In this document: in pieces, positions 1 to 8,179 of the stretch
Position numbering within the stretch: position 1 is the first letter of the stretch
Layout: each line of letters starts with the position of its first letter
DNA from: a virus
Taxonomy: Duplodnaviria; Caudoviricetes
IMG/VR virus record: IMGVR_UViG_3300036794_000109
Coordinates: 1 to 31,104 of that record
Direction: 5' to 3' (one strand)
Length of the DNA: 31,104 nucleotides
Translations under genes and position numbers: made by a program
The notes under the pieces: generated by a model
Seen by the model: the letters and a program-made list of their open reading frames with translations, nothing else
Database searches by the model: none
Told to the model about the DNA's origin: nothing

Positions 1-1174
1 GAACATCACCATCGATGACGTTGTCCTTGATGGTGATGTTCTTCATCGGGTATCCGGGCTGCGAGACGGAGTAGATCTCCACGCCCATGCAGTAGCCGTA
101 GATGAAGTTGTCGCGCACGACCACCGTGTCGGCGGCCGTCATGCCGATGCCATATTGGCCGCTGATGTTGCCGTCGTCGTTGATGACGATGTTGTCGCAC
201 ACCAGGCCGTTGTGGTTGTCAGCCACCAGCGCGATGCCGACCAGCTGGCCGGTCGAGTTGTTCTTCGAGTAAAGCAGGTTGTCCGAGACCACGAATCCAC
301 GGCAGTTATACGAGACAACGATCTGGCCGGAGCCGTCCTGCGAGTAGACCTCGTTACCGTCGATCACCAGGCCGGTGGTGTACACGCCCTGGATGGCCTG
401 ACAGTTCATGTCCTTGAACGTGCAATTGCGGATGCCTATGTTGACGCTGTTCAGCATCTCGCCGGTCGTGCCGGTGACGATGGCAGCGCCATTGGTGCCG
501 ACGATGTTCTCGAACACGCAGCCATCGACCACGTTGTTCCAGACGTTGTTGTTGAAGTAGATGCAGTGCGAAGGGCCGAAGTTGTTGATGGGACAGCCGG
601 TGTCGTGGAACTCGCAGTCGACGATGCGAGAGTTGACAAAACTGCCGCTGAAGCCGGACCCGCTGCTGTTCGCGCTCGAGGCGCTGGTGTTGATGTTGCT
701 GATCTCGCAATCGATGAACCTGCCACGGTCGATGATGCCGGCCGCCCGCACCGCGGCGCCGTTGTAGCCGGTTATGCCGACGCGGAAGACCTGCAGCCGC
801 TTGATCCCCCCCCCGCTCGCGGTGATCCCGCCATAGCACGCTGACGGACCCCCATCGCCCCCGTTCAGGGTCATGTCCTCGATGCGCACTTGGGTCACCA
901 GGCTGGAGATGCCGCCGTTGATCGTCCCTGCGCTGACCCCCGGCGACGCGTGCACCAGCATCGTGCCAGGCCCTGCCCCACGCATATGACAGGCGTTGTT
1001 CGTGATGCTCAGGCCCTGGCCGACGATTTTGTAGACCCCGTCCAGGTCGATGCGTTGGCTTGCCCTGGAGCCCCCCGCTGAGCAGTCGGTAATGGCCTGT
1101 TGAATGGCGGCGGTGGCGTCCGCCAGCCCTGTCGGGTCGGCGTTGTAAGGCGCCAGGTTGACGTTCACGGCCAT
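1..1174 (-). CDS. Right-handed parallel beta-helix protein (pectate-lyase-like; possible tailspike/depolymerase), 3' end runs off the window
   Basis: Not in the ORF track. My translation from ATG 1174 gives MAVNVNLAPYNADPTGLADATAAIQQAITDC..., a Pectate_lyase_3-type N-terminal motif, followed by Asn/Cys-ladder repeats (IVDCEFHD, VVDGCVFEN, IRNCTFKD, VIDGNEVY, VVSDNLLY, VVRDNFIY, TIKDNVID). The frame is open to the window edge. Confidence 0.8.
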   Translation of the reverse strand, partial: MAVNVNLAPYNADPTGLADATAAIQQAITDCSAGGSRASQRIDLDGVYKIVGQGLSITNNACHMRGAGPGTMLVHASPGVSAGTINGGISSLVTQVRIEDMTLNGGDGGPSACYGGITASGGGIKRLQVFRVGITGYNGAAVRAAGIIDRGRFIDCEISNINTSASSANSSGSGFSGSFVNSRIVDCEFHDTGCPINNFGPSHCIYFNNNVWNNVVDGCVFENIVGTNGAAIVTGTTGEMLNSVNIGIRNCTFKDMNCQAIQGVYTTGLVIDGNEVYSQDGSGQIVVSYNCRGFVVSDNLLYSKNNSTGQLVGIALVADNHNGLVCDNIVINDDGNISGQYGIGMTAADTVVVRDNFIYGYCMGVEIYSVSQPGYPMKNITIKDNVIDGDV

Positions 1175-1183
1175 TGGCGGCCA

Positions 1184-1234
1184 AGCATAAGCCTGCCCTT
1201 CGCCTTGCCGCAACCCGGCGCCCTCGGCTAGAAC
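1184..1234. promoter_or_regulatory. Divergent overlapping sigma70-like promoters sharing a palindromic -35 region
   Basis: Plus strand TTGCCG-18nt-TAGAAC precedes the 1257 gene. Minus strand TTGCGG-18nt-TATGCT precedes ATG 1174. Both -35 boxes lie in the palindrome TTGCCGCAA at 1205-1213. Confidence 0.45.
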
Positions 1235-1256
1235 CAGGGCTCACACAGGAGCCCCA

Positions 1257-1493
1257 ATGAGCCAGGATTTGACAATCCAGCAGCGCATCGAGGAACGCTT
1301 CACCTACCACAGCCCCACCCCCGACCAGATCCCCCAGTATGAGGCAATCCGGGCCAAGGCCAAGGAGCTGGCCCAGGTGATCGTGGACAACACGCCCGAA
1401 GGTCCCGACAGGACCGTGGCGCTGCGCGAGCTCGAGGCTGCCGTGATGACCGCCAACAAGGGGATCGCCTGCCGAGGCATCGCTTGGCGCTAA
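1257..1493 (+). CDS. Small helical-hairpin protein resembling the Acb2/Tad1-hairpin anti-defence sponge family
   Basis: 78 aa with a CAGGAG RBS. Pattern F-T-Y-H-x-P...Q...YEAIR.KAKELA..I....P.G.DR..AL..LE.AVM.AN..IA matches, from memory, a widespread phage family grouped with Acb2/Tad1. Confidence 0.65.
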   Translation: MSQDLTIQQRIEERFTYHSPTPDQIPQYEAIRAKAKELAQVIVDNTPEGPDRTVALRELEAAVMTANKGIACRGIAWR

Positions 1494-1849
1494 CCGAGGT
1501 TTCGCAGCGAAACACCCCCCGCAAACGGGTCAGCGAGAACTCGCGCCACCTCTCCCCCTGGCAGATCCTCCGCATCCTGTACCGCATAAGCCAGGGCGAG
1601 CAGGTCCGGGACCTGTGCGCCTACCACAACCTCGCCCCCTCCACCGTCTTCCGCTGGAACAAGGCATGGGGCCACGAGTCCCACCACGGCCGGGCAGACA
1701 GCATCGCGGTCGACATCGCCGGGGCCCGCCGCGCTGTGGCCGAGCTCAAGGCTCAAGCTGAGCTGATTCTCTCTTCCATAGGCGCGCTCGAGGTGCGACT
1801 GGCAGACAAGAGACTGGGCAGCCGCCCAATCAAGAAGGGTTCGCCATGA
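1484..1849 (+). CDS. HTH DNA-binding protein with C-terminal coiled coil
   Basis: GEQVRDLCAYHNLAPSTVFRW is an HTH of the IS3-OrfA/HTH_Tnp_1 type, followed by a heptad-like helix. TTG start overlaps the upstream stop. Confidence 0.6.
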   Translation: MALTEVSQRNTPRKRVSENSRHLSPWQILRILYRISQGEQVRDLCAYHNLAPSTVFRWNKAWGHESHHGRADSIAVDIAGARRAVAELKAQAELILSSIGALEVRLADKRLGSRPIKKGSP

Positions 1850-2238
1850 CCGCAGCCATCCTCGCTACTGCCCTGCTCGCCCAGAACATACCATTCACCC
1901 GCTACCTCCATGACGACATGCCCAGCGGCCCCGTTGTGCCCGGGGTGCTGGATCCGCGGCCGCCTCCCCCGCTCAAGGACCCGAACGCCTGGGTGCGCGC
2001 GCTCGATCCCAACCGGCTTAAAACTGAGGGCCCTGGCCCTCTCCTATTCATCCAGCAGCACTATCCCCAGACGCTGACGGCCGGCCAGTATACCCAGTTC
2101 AAGCTCACCCAGCATGCATGCGGCTGCATGGAGGTGCCCCTCGCCCAGGGCGCGATGGTGCTGCCGTGCAAGGCGCATGACAGGAAGCTCCATGCCATCT
2201 GGAAGAAGGGAGATGCTGAGGGACCGACGGGATGGTGA
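1846..2238 (+). CDS. Hypothetical protein, possible short signal peptide
   Basis: ATGA coupling with the upstream gene; hydrophobic N-terminus MTAAILATALLA; Pro-rich segment; HACGC...C..H near the C-terminus. Confidence 0.5.
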   Translation: MTAAILATALLAQNIPFTRYLHDDMPSGPVVPGVLDPRPPPPLKDPNAWVRALDPNRLKTEGPGPLLFIQQHYPQTLTAGQYTQFKLTQHACGCMEVPLAQGAMVLPCKAHDRKLHAIWKKGDAEGPTGW

Positions 2239-2253
2239 AGTTTCGCTGCGAAA

Positions 2254-2445
2254 CTACTCGGCACGCATGGCCAGCTCGATCAGCCGGCGCACCACTTCTG
2301 GACGCTTGATGTCCTGGCGCTCGGCCTGGGCGGTTATCCAGCGTTCCTGCGGGGTGGTGAAGACCACCGTCACAGCCTTGCCGTCGTCGACCTTCTTGGA
2401 GCCTGTGGGGCGCCCCGACCCTTGCCTTGGTCCACCGCGTTTCAT
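2254..2445 (-). CDS. Small ribbon-helix-helix-type DNA-binding protein with an N-terminal RGG-R-G-GRP arm (63 aa)
   Basis: True start is probably ATG 2445 (GAGAGG RBS): MKRGGPRQGSGRPTGSKK...VTVVFT.PQERWITAQAE...KRPEVVRRLIELAM, a beta-strand plus two helices. Confidence 0.65.
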   Translation of the reverse strand: MKRGGPRQGSGRPTGSKKVDDGKAVTVVFTTPQERWITAQAERQDIKRPEVVRRLIELAMRAE

Positions 2446-2459
2446 CGGTAGAGCCTCTC

Positions 2460-3215
2460 TCAAAATAGCTGCAGGTGGTAGGGGGGGATGCCAGGCATCG
2501 GGGATGGGTTGTTTGTGCCCTGCAGTGCGCCTTGGGGAACAACGCTTGTGGTGATGGTCGTGGTGTATTTTGTGCAGACGTTGCCGTTGCCGCTGCCATT
2601 GGCCGAGCCAATGATGAAATAGGGAATGCCAGGGACCGTAGACACGTAAAAATACTGATCTTGCGGATTGTTGCTGGCGCCTGTGTATCCTTGCGCGAGG
2701 GACCATTCCGTATATGCCTGGCCAGTGCAATCGGCGCTCGCGAACAGATTGATGACCCCTCCCAGCTGCAGAATATGGCCCGAGTTGCTTTGGGCCGGCC
2801 CCATTACGTAGGCGGCTGCCGACGAACCCGGTATTTGTTTTTCCGTAAAGCGCCACCACACCCCGCCGCCATCCTGCACGAGTCCCGTGAGGCCGCCCAT
2901 CGAATCGTTAGGATCGGTGACCTCCGAAAAAGGCATCATCGCCCCCGTGGAATCCACCCAGGCTTCGCCGAACCCCCTAGGGCCTTGAGGGCCCACGGCC
3001 CCTTGTGCGCCGGCTGCGCCCATTGACCCGGTTTGACCAGCCACCCCGGCTGGGCCCTGCGGTCCTTGTTGTCCCTGGGGGCCGGCCGCACCCGTCGCGC
3101 CCTTGGCGCCATCAGCACCCGCGGCGCCTGGCGCGGTACCGACCGGACCGCAGCCGCACAGAAGCAGGAGGGGGATGCCAATGTTCAAAAGTCGGGAAAT
3201 TGCACAGGTCTTCAT
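2460..3215 (-). CDS. Collagen-like lipoprotein
   Basis: Signal peptide with lipobox-like LLLLCGC, about 17 consecutive Gly-X-Y triplets ([28 protein letters not shown]...), then a globular domain with Cys residues. AGGAG RBS. Lower GC than the flanks. Confidence 0.75.
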   Translation of the reverse strand: MKTCAISRLLNIGIPLLLLCGCGPVGTAPGAAGADGAKGATGAAGPQGQQGPQGPAGVAGQTGSMGAAGAQGAVGPQGPRGFGEAWVDSTGAMMPFSEVTDPNDSMGGLTGLVQDGGGVWWRFTEKQIPGSSAAAYVMGPAQSNSGHILQLGGVINLFASADCTGQAYTEWSLAQGYTGASNNPQDQYFYVSTVPGIPYFIIGSANGSGNGNVCTKYTTTITTSVVPQGALQGTNNPSPMPGIPPYHLQLF

Positions 3216-3227
3216 GGGGCACTCCTA

Positions 3228-3295
3228 ATAGGCGTCAAATGCGCCTATATATGAAGTATACCGTGACCTTTGATTATCGCAAATATTTAATCAAA
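3228..3295 (-). promoter_or_regulatory. AT-rich sigma70 promoter with two inverted-repeat operator candidates
   Basis: Minus strand TTGCGA(3282-3277)-16nt-TATACT(3260-3255). Inverted repeats TTTGATTA-N11-TAATCAAA (3269-3295) and ATAGGCG-N7-CGCCTAT (3228-3248). Confidence 0.6.
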
Positions 3296-3314
3296 CAGGC
3301 TTGCCTACATCAGC

Positions 3315-4925
3315 CTACGCGCTGAACTGGACGACGACGTACACCACGAAGTCCATCCCGGGGGCCGTGTAGGTGGTCCCTGATGGAATATTGACCCCGG
3401 CGCGAATGATGGAGCCTGCCCCGAAAGCACCGCCGCCGCCGACCGCCAGCGTGGACTTCGCGCTTTGTGAGGCCGCTGACAGGGTCACCGGTGCCACCTG
3501 AGACGTTATGGTTGACGCATAGGCAAAGCAGCTCACCGTCTTGCCTGCACCGAGGTTCGCCCCTCCGATGGCAGTGACACCCACTATGTCTCCCGCCCAT
3601 GGCGCCACGAACCCATGGTCATAGCTGACCGCGCCTCCGAGCGTTGTGCCGACGATGGTCCCTGAGTTGTTGTAGACGAAACCGCCGAGCTGATAGTTGA
3701 CGGTGGTGGCCGTGGGCGAGGCGGGGATAGAGGCGAAGCTCCACACGAAGGGACCGATAACCGTTCGCGGCGGTACCGGAACCACGACCGGGGGCAGCGT
3801 CTGGGTTATGATTGCTGCGCTGTTCGCGGTGAGCGCCATGCCTATCGGCGCAACGTAGGATCCAATGGCGGTTGGAGCGGTTTGCGTCACGCCGCCCGGG
3901 GTCGCAGGATCGGCATAAATGGCCAACCCAGGGGTGAGCGATGAGAAGGTGCTGATCACGCCGCTCGTGACAATATCAACCGCGGCGTTGGTTCCCGAGG
4001 TCACCGCCACGCCAACGATAGGCAGGAAGTAAAGGCCACTGCCCGGCACCGATACATCGGCGGGAATCACCTTCCCGGTGTTGCCGCCGCTGGTCAATAT
4101 CTGGACCACTTGCCCAGCGGTCACCGCGCCGAATGACGTCAGGGTGACCACGCTGTCGAATCCACGTCCGAGTATCGACTTCTTCTCTGCGCTGCGGATG
4201 GCCATCTCGGCCCCTGGCGCACCAACGTAGACGATGCTTCCGGATCGGCGCGCGATGACCACCGTGTTGGCGTTGGCCATAAGCGAACTGCTGGCCGCAA
4301 CGCTCACGCTGAGCGCCGTCGTGGTGGCGAACGCGAGGGTCTGCTGGGTGGCGGAGCCCGTAGCCGTGGCCGACATGCCGACCGTATTGCTGGTGATGGA
4401 GAGGATGGTGGTGTTCGCCGGGATGTTGGCTCCGGAGATCACCATGCCGACAGCCAGATCGGCGGGGTATGCGACGTTGAGCAGGTTGGCGGACCCGTTG
4501 GCGACGTCTGCCGCCATGAAGGCGGGCGCGTTCGCCGTCACATAGGCGACCTGACCGTCAGCCAGCGTCACGCTCCCAGCGGCCACCTGGTTGTAACTGT
4601 CCGGTAGGCCCGCGTAGGCCAGCGTCATGGTCGACGCCCATGCGAGGTTCGATGACGACAACGTCCACGTCCAGGTGCCCCCGTCGATCAGGCGCACGCC
4701 CAGGCATGCTTTCTGTGTCGATGGCACCGAGGCCTTGAACGTGGTCTGCTGATCCAGCCACTTGACCCACTGGTCCAGGGTGTAGAACAGCCAGTTCAGG
4801 TTCTGGGCGGCGACCGGCTGGTTCGGCAGATAGCCCTGCAGCGCCAGGGCCGGGCCAGGGGCCACGACCTTGCTCGGGTCTCCGTCTGTCCACTGGATAT
4901 ACACGCTCGGCTTAGTCACGGGCAT
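3315..4925 (-). CDS. Tail fibre protein
   Basis: Follows the baseplate J and I-like genes. N-terminal baseplate-attachment motif (GYLPNQPVAAQNLNWLFYTLDQW); Gly/Ala/Thr/Ser-rich beta modules. Confidence 0.8.
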   Translation of the reverse strand: MPVTKPSVYIQWTDGDPSKVVAPGPALALQGYLPNQPVAAQNLNWLFYTLDQWVKWLDQQTTFKASVPSTQKACLGVRLIDGGTWTWTLSSSNLAWASTMTLAYAGLPDSYNQVAAGSVTLADGQVAYVTANAPAFMAADVANGSANLLNVAYPADLAVGMVISGANIPANTTILSITSNTVGMSATATGSATQQTLAFATTTALSVSVAASSSLMANANTVVIARRSGSIVYVGAPGAEMAIRSAEKKSILGRGFDSVVTLTSFGAVTAGQVVQILTSGGNTGKVIPADVSVPGSGLYFLPIVGVAVTSGTNAAVDIVTSGVISTFSSLTPGLAIYADPATPGGVTQTAPTAIGSYVAPIGMALTANSAAIITQTLPPVVVPVPPRTVIGPFVWSFASIPASPTATTVNYQLGGFVYNNSGTIVGTTLGGAVSYDHGFVAPWAGDIVGVTAIGGANLGAGKTVSCFAYASTITSQVAPVTLSAASQSAKSTLAVGGGGAFGAGSIIRAGVNIPSGTTYTAPGMDFVVYVVVQFSA

Positions 4926-4934
4926 CGGTCGTCC

Positions 4935-5537
4935 TTACGGGTTGTGGTAGATAACGGACCCCAGGAGGCCGCCTACCGTTGGGTCGTACACGTCGCCACA
5001 GCCCTGCACCCAGCTGGCGTTGCCCGCCATCGCGAACGCGTTGTAGGCGTTGAACGTCATCAGGAACGAGACCTCGACGCCGGCCGCCACGGACTTGAGC
5101 ACGATGCCCTGTAGCATGGGGAAGAGCGATGTTGGAACCGATGGGCTGCCGATTCCGAACCCGACGTTCCCGCCCGGCAACTGTGCGTCCACGAAGACCG
5201 CGACCGCGCCGAACACGCTCAGGATGATGTTGCTCAGCGTCGTGAGCGTGGTGTCGCTGTTGTCCTCGGCCAGGGTGCCATAGAGCAACGCCCTGTACTG
5301 GTCGTCCCCAAGCCCCGATCGCGGCGTGCCCAGGAGCGCGCCTATCCCGTCGAGCTGCGCCCCGACCGCGGTGCCCAGCTGCCGACCCGAGTCGACGGAG
5401 AACATGGCGTCCTCAATCGTCTGGATGGGCGTGACGATGGCCCCCGCCAGGCCGGCGATGAGCGGCTTGCTGCGGAACTGCTGGAGCAACCGCGCCTGTG
5501 CGTCGGCCACATGGGTGAGTATCTGCGCCGCGTTCAT
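4935..5537 (-). CDS. Baseplate wedge protein (DUF2612 / P2 gpI-like)
   Basis: Motif TAVGAQLDGIGALLGTPR...DDQYRALL; lies directly after baseplate J. Confidence 0.8.
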   Translation of the reverse strand: MNAAQILTHVADAQARLLQQFRSKPLIAGLAGAIVTPIQTIEDAMFSVDSGRQLGTAVGAQLDGIGALLGTPRSGLGDDQYRALLYGTLAEDNSDTTLTTLSNIILSVFGAVAVFVDAQLPGGNVGFGIGSPSVPTSLFPMLQGIVLKSVAAGVEVSFLMTFNAYNAFAMAGNASWVQGCGDVYDPTVGGLLGSVIYHNP

Positions 5538-8176
5538 GTGTAGGAGACCGCCACCAGCGCCGTCTGGAATGACGGTGCCTGGCTTGGGAGCAGCTGGATG
5601 GGCGAGTTGCTGGACGGGGATGGCGCGAGACCGAAGTTCAGGGTGTAGTTGATCACCCCCGGCACCTCGTTAAACGCCCCCACCAGACCGTTTGAACCCT
5701 TTCCGATGATGACGCCGCCCGGCGCCACCAGTGCGCCGGCCGCCACGATGTCGGCCTGCATCTGGGCCATGCTCGAGGGGAGGAACAGGGATGCCGGGTT
5801 CACACCGCTGGTCGGGTCGCCCGGCGTCCGGTAGATGTCCGTGGTCAACACCAGGCTGACATAGACCAGCACCGGTGTCGGCCGCGTGAAGTTGATGGAC
5901 GCGAGGTTTCCAAAGTCGTCGATGATCTGGGTGGTGTTGTCGAAGCGCACCGCGCCGCCCGAGACGTTCGCCGTCGCCGGGCTGCTCAGTGTCACCGTTA
6001 CGCCGGCTATGGTGAGCACGGTGGCGCCAGGCGGAACGCCGAATCCGAAGGCCGCCATGCCAGGAAGGATGCCTGTTGCCGCGGCCACCGTTACAGCCGC
6101 GTTACCGCTGGTCGAGGTCATGGTGGTGACAGCCCCTGGCGAACCATAGGACTGCACCCCCGCCGGCATGGCCGCATAGATGGCCTTGGCCACATCCGCG
6201 TTGGATCCGCCCAGGACGATGATCTCGAAGGACTTGGGTGGCCGCGTGAACGCCACCGTCGCCACGACGCCCGTGGTGTTCCCCACCACACCGATGAGGG
6301 GCTGTGCCTGGCCACCGTACGCGCCGTTGAAATCGATGGCGAAACCGTAGGTCATGTTGCCGCTGACCAGCACGGATGACATGCCGGCCAATGCGTTGAT
6401 GGCAGTCTGTATGGACCCCGCGGTGGCCGTCGAGGCGGTGATGTTGGCGGTGGCCCCGGCAATCGGCATGAAGAGCTGGAAGACCCCGCTGCCCGGCACC
6501 GACGCGAAGGTCAGGCTCTGCAGTGCGGCGTCCGTCACGTTGGCGAATCCCGAGACGTTGGTGACGCCGGTCACCTTCTGCACCCGCTCAATGATGGATT
6601 GCAGCGGACCGCTGGCCTGGGCCGCGAGCAGCGTGCTGCGGCGCGCCAGCGCGGCCAAGTCGGTCTCCGTGTTCGATCCCTTGAGTACGTCCAGTTCATT
6701 CGTCACCGAGGCCCAGCCGCTGACCGGGCTGCCTATGGTGGTGAGCTGCCCCGCGAGCACCGCATTGGGCCCGGTGACGGAGCAGGTGGCGGTTCCTATG
6801 CCGCGCGCCACGGCACCTTCCGCGTTCTGGGCGATGCTCACGCTCGTGATGGCTGCGCCGGCCTGCATGGTGTTGTTGGCCACACCCATGATCGGCTGCG
6901 GCTGTGCGCCTGACGAAGACTCTCCCGCGAGCGCCGCGTTGGCACCGAAGACCGCCACCATGGTGCCCACTGAGCCGGTGATGCCGATGTCAGAGAATGG
7001 ACGGCGGGCGCCGTCGTACAGGTTGTTCAGCACCGTCTGGACGCTGTCGACGACAGTCACGCTGCCGGGCGAAGGACCTGAGATGAAGGTCGAGTTCAGA
7101 TCGCTGACCGTGGCCGTGAGGCCGGTTGTGTTGGTCGGCACCGTGACCGCGACGGGGGTCATGTTGACCCAGTTGAGGGCGAAGAACGGCGCGCTCGGCG
7201 TGGTGGTGTTCAGCGCTACGCGGATGCCGGTGAACGACGGGTCAGCCGCGTGGATGGCCGCCTCGACCTGTGACGCGGAGGAGGCCGCAGGGATACTGGC
7301 CGTGAGCGTGCTGCCTATCTGGAGGATGAACGCCCCCGTGGTCAGCGCCCCCGAGAACCCCACCTTCTTGCCGTTCGCACGGATGAAGGGGTGGAACCCC
7401 GGCGTGGTGATGTTGAACCCAGGGGGGCCGAAGGAGCCTGTCACCACCGTGCCGCTGTACAGCGCACCGATGGCGGCGATGGCCGCCTGGATGGTGGCGG
7501 CCGAAGTCCCCGTGGCGAAAGGCCCCATCAGGTTGTTGTCGATCATCAGGTAGATGCTGCCCCCGATGATGCCCGCGCCTATCTGCAGCTGGTCCGCGGC
7601 GGGGAGGGCCTGCCAGTTGACGGTGCCACTGAGCAGCGCGTTGCCGGCCAGGTAGCTCAGGAGCTGCAGGGTGTAGTTCCCCTGGGTCGGCGTGTTGCTG
7701 TACAGGATGCTCTGCGAGGCGTTGGCCGCAGGGCCTATGGTGACGTCGGCGTCCAGCGTGAAGGTCAGCGGCGGGACGGTGTTCGACAGGATGGAGCTGC
7801 CGGCGTTGACCACGGTGCCCGGCGTCCCCTTGAGCACCAGGCCACGCAGGGTGATGCCGTTCGACTGGGCTGCCGGGTTGGGGTTGGTCTTCGATGCGGT
7901 GGCGCCCAGGCGACGCAGGTTGCTGAGGGCGAGGATGTTGTCCACCGCCGTCCCCTCGGCCCCGTTGGGGTATTGGCTGGCGTAGATGGCCTCGGCGAGC
8001 TCCCAGAGCAGGGCCTCGCGCTCGGCGAAGATGCCGGTCAGCTGGCCGAACAGGGCGCGCTCATCGAGGTTCGAGTTTGCCCCGAAGGTCCCCCGCAAGG
8101 CTGCCTGGATCTCGCTGACGACCTGGGACTGCTTTTTGGGCACGAATCCGGCGAGCGTTAGGCCGAAGCTGGACAT
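5534..8176 (-). CDS. Baseplate J-like wedge protein, enlarged to 880 aa
   Basis: N-terminus FGLTLAGFVPK...GQLTGIFAEREALLWELAEAIY...P..AEG; core motifs GTPGTVV.AGS, G...ETD.A.L.RR, PPKSFEIIVLGG..ADVAKAIY..MPAGVQSYG, INFTRPT.V.VYV. Confidence 0.85.
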   Translation of the reverse strand: MSSFGLTLAGFVPKKQSQVVSEIQAALRGTFGANSNLDERALFGQLTGIFAEREALLWELAEAIYASQYPNGAEGTAVDNILALSNLRRLGATASKTNPNPAAQSNGITLRGLVLKGTPGTVVNAGSSILSNTVPPLTFTLDADVTIGPAANASQSILYSNTPTQGNYTLQLLSYLAGNALLSGTVNWQALPAADQLQIGAGIIGGSIYLMIDNNLMGPFATGTSAATIQAAIAAIGALYSGTVVTGSFGPPGFNITTPGFHPFIRANGKKVGFSGALTTGAFILQIGSTLTASIPAASSASQVEAAIHAADPSFTGIRVALNTTTPSAPFFALNWVNMTPVAVTVPTNTTGLTATVSDLNSTFISGPSPGSVTVVDSVQTVLNNLYDGARRPFSDIGITGSVGTMVAVFGANAALAGESSSGAQPQPIMGVANNTMQAGAAITSVSIAQNAEGAVARGIGTATCSVTGPNAVLAGQLTTIGSPVSGWASVTNELDVLKGSNTETDLAALARRSTLLAAQASGPLQSIIERVQKVTGVTNVSGFANVTDAALQSLTFASVPGSGVFQLFMPIAGATANITASTATAGSIQTAINALAGMSSVLVSGNMTYGFAIDFNGAYGGQAQPLIGVVGNTTGVVATVAFTRPPKSFEIIVLGGSNADVAKAIYAAMPAGVQSYGSPGAVTTMTSTSGNAAVTVAAATGILPGMAAFGFGVPPGATVLTIAGVTVTLSSPATANVSGGAVRFDNTTQIIDDFGNLASINFTRPTPVLVYVSLVLTTDIYRTPGDPTSGVNPASLFLPSSMAQMQADIVAAGALVAPGGVIIGKGSNGLVGAFNEVPGVINYTLNFGLAPSPSSNSPIQLLPSQAPSFQTALVAVSYT

Positions 8177-8179
8177 GGG

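Noticed and set aside
354-1310. 318-aa minus-strand and 229-aa plus-strand ORFs listed near the window start
   Set aside because: Off-frame or antisense to the beta-helix gene starting at 1174, which has convincing motifs.
1484-1849. IS3-family transposase OrfA
   Set aside because: The HTH is similar, but no DDE OrfB follows and I found no terminal inverted repeats; treated as a stand-alone regulator.
3315-3800. Diversity-generating retroelement or invertible tail-fibre cassette
   Set aside because: No reverse transcriptase, invertase or duplicated template repeat visible in this window.
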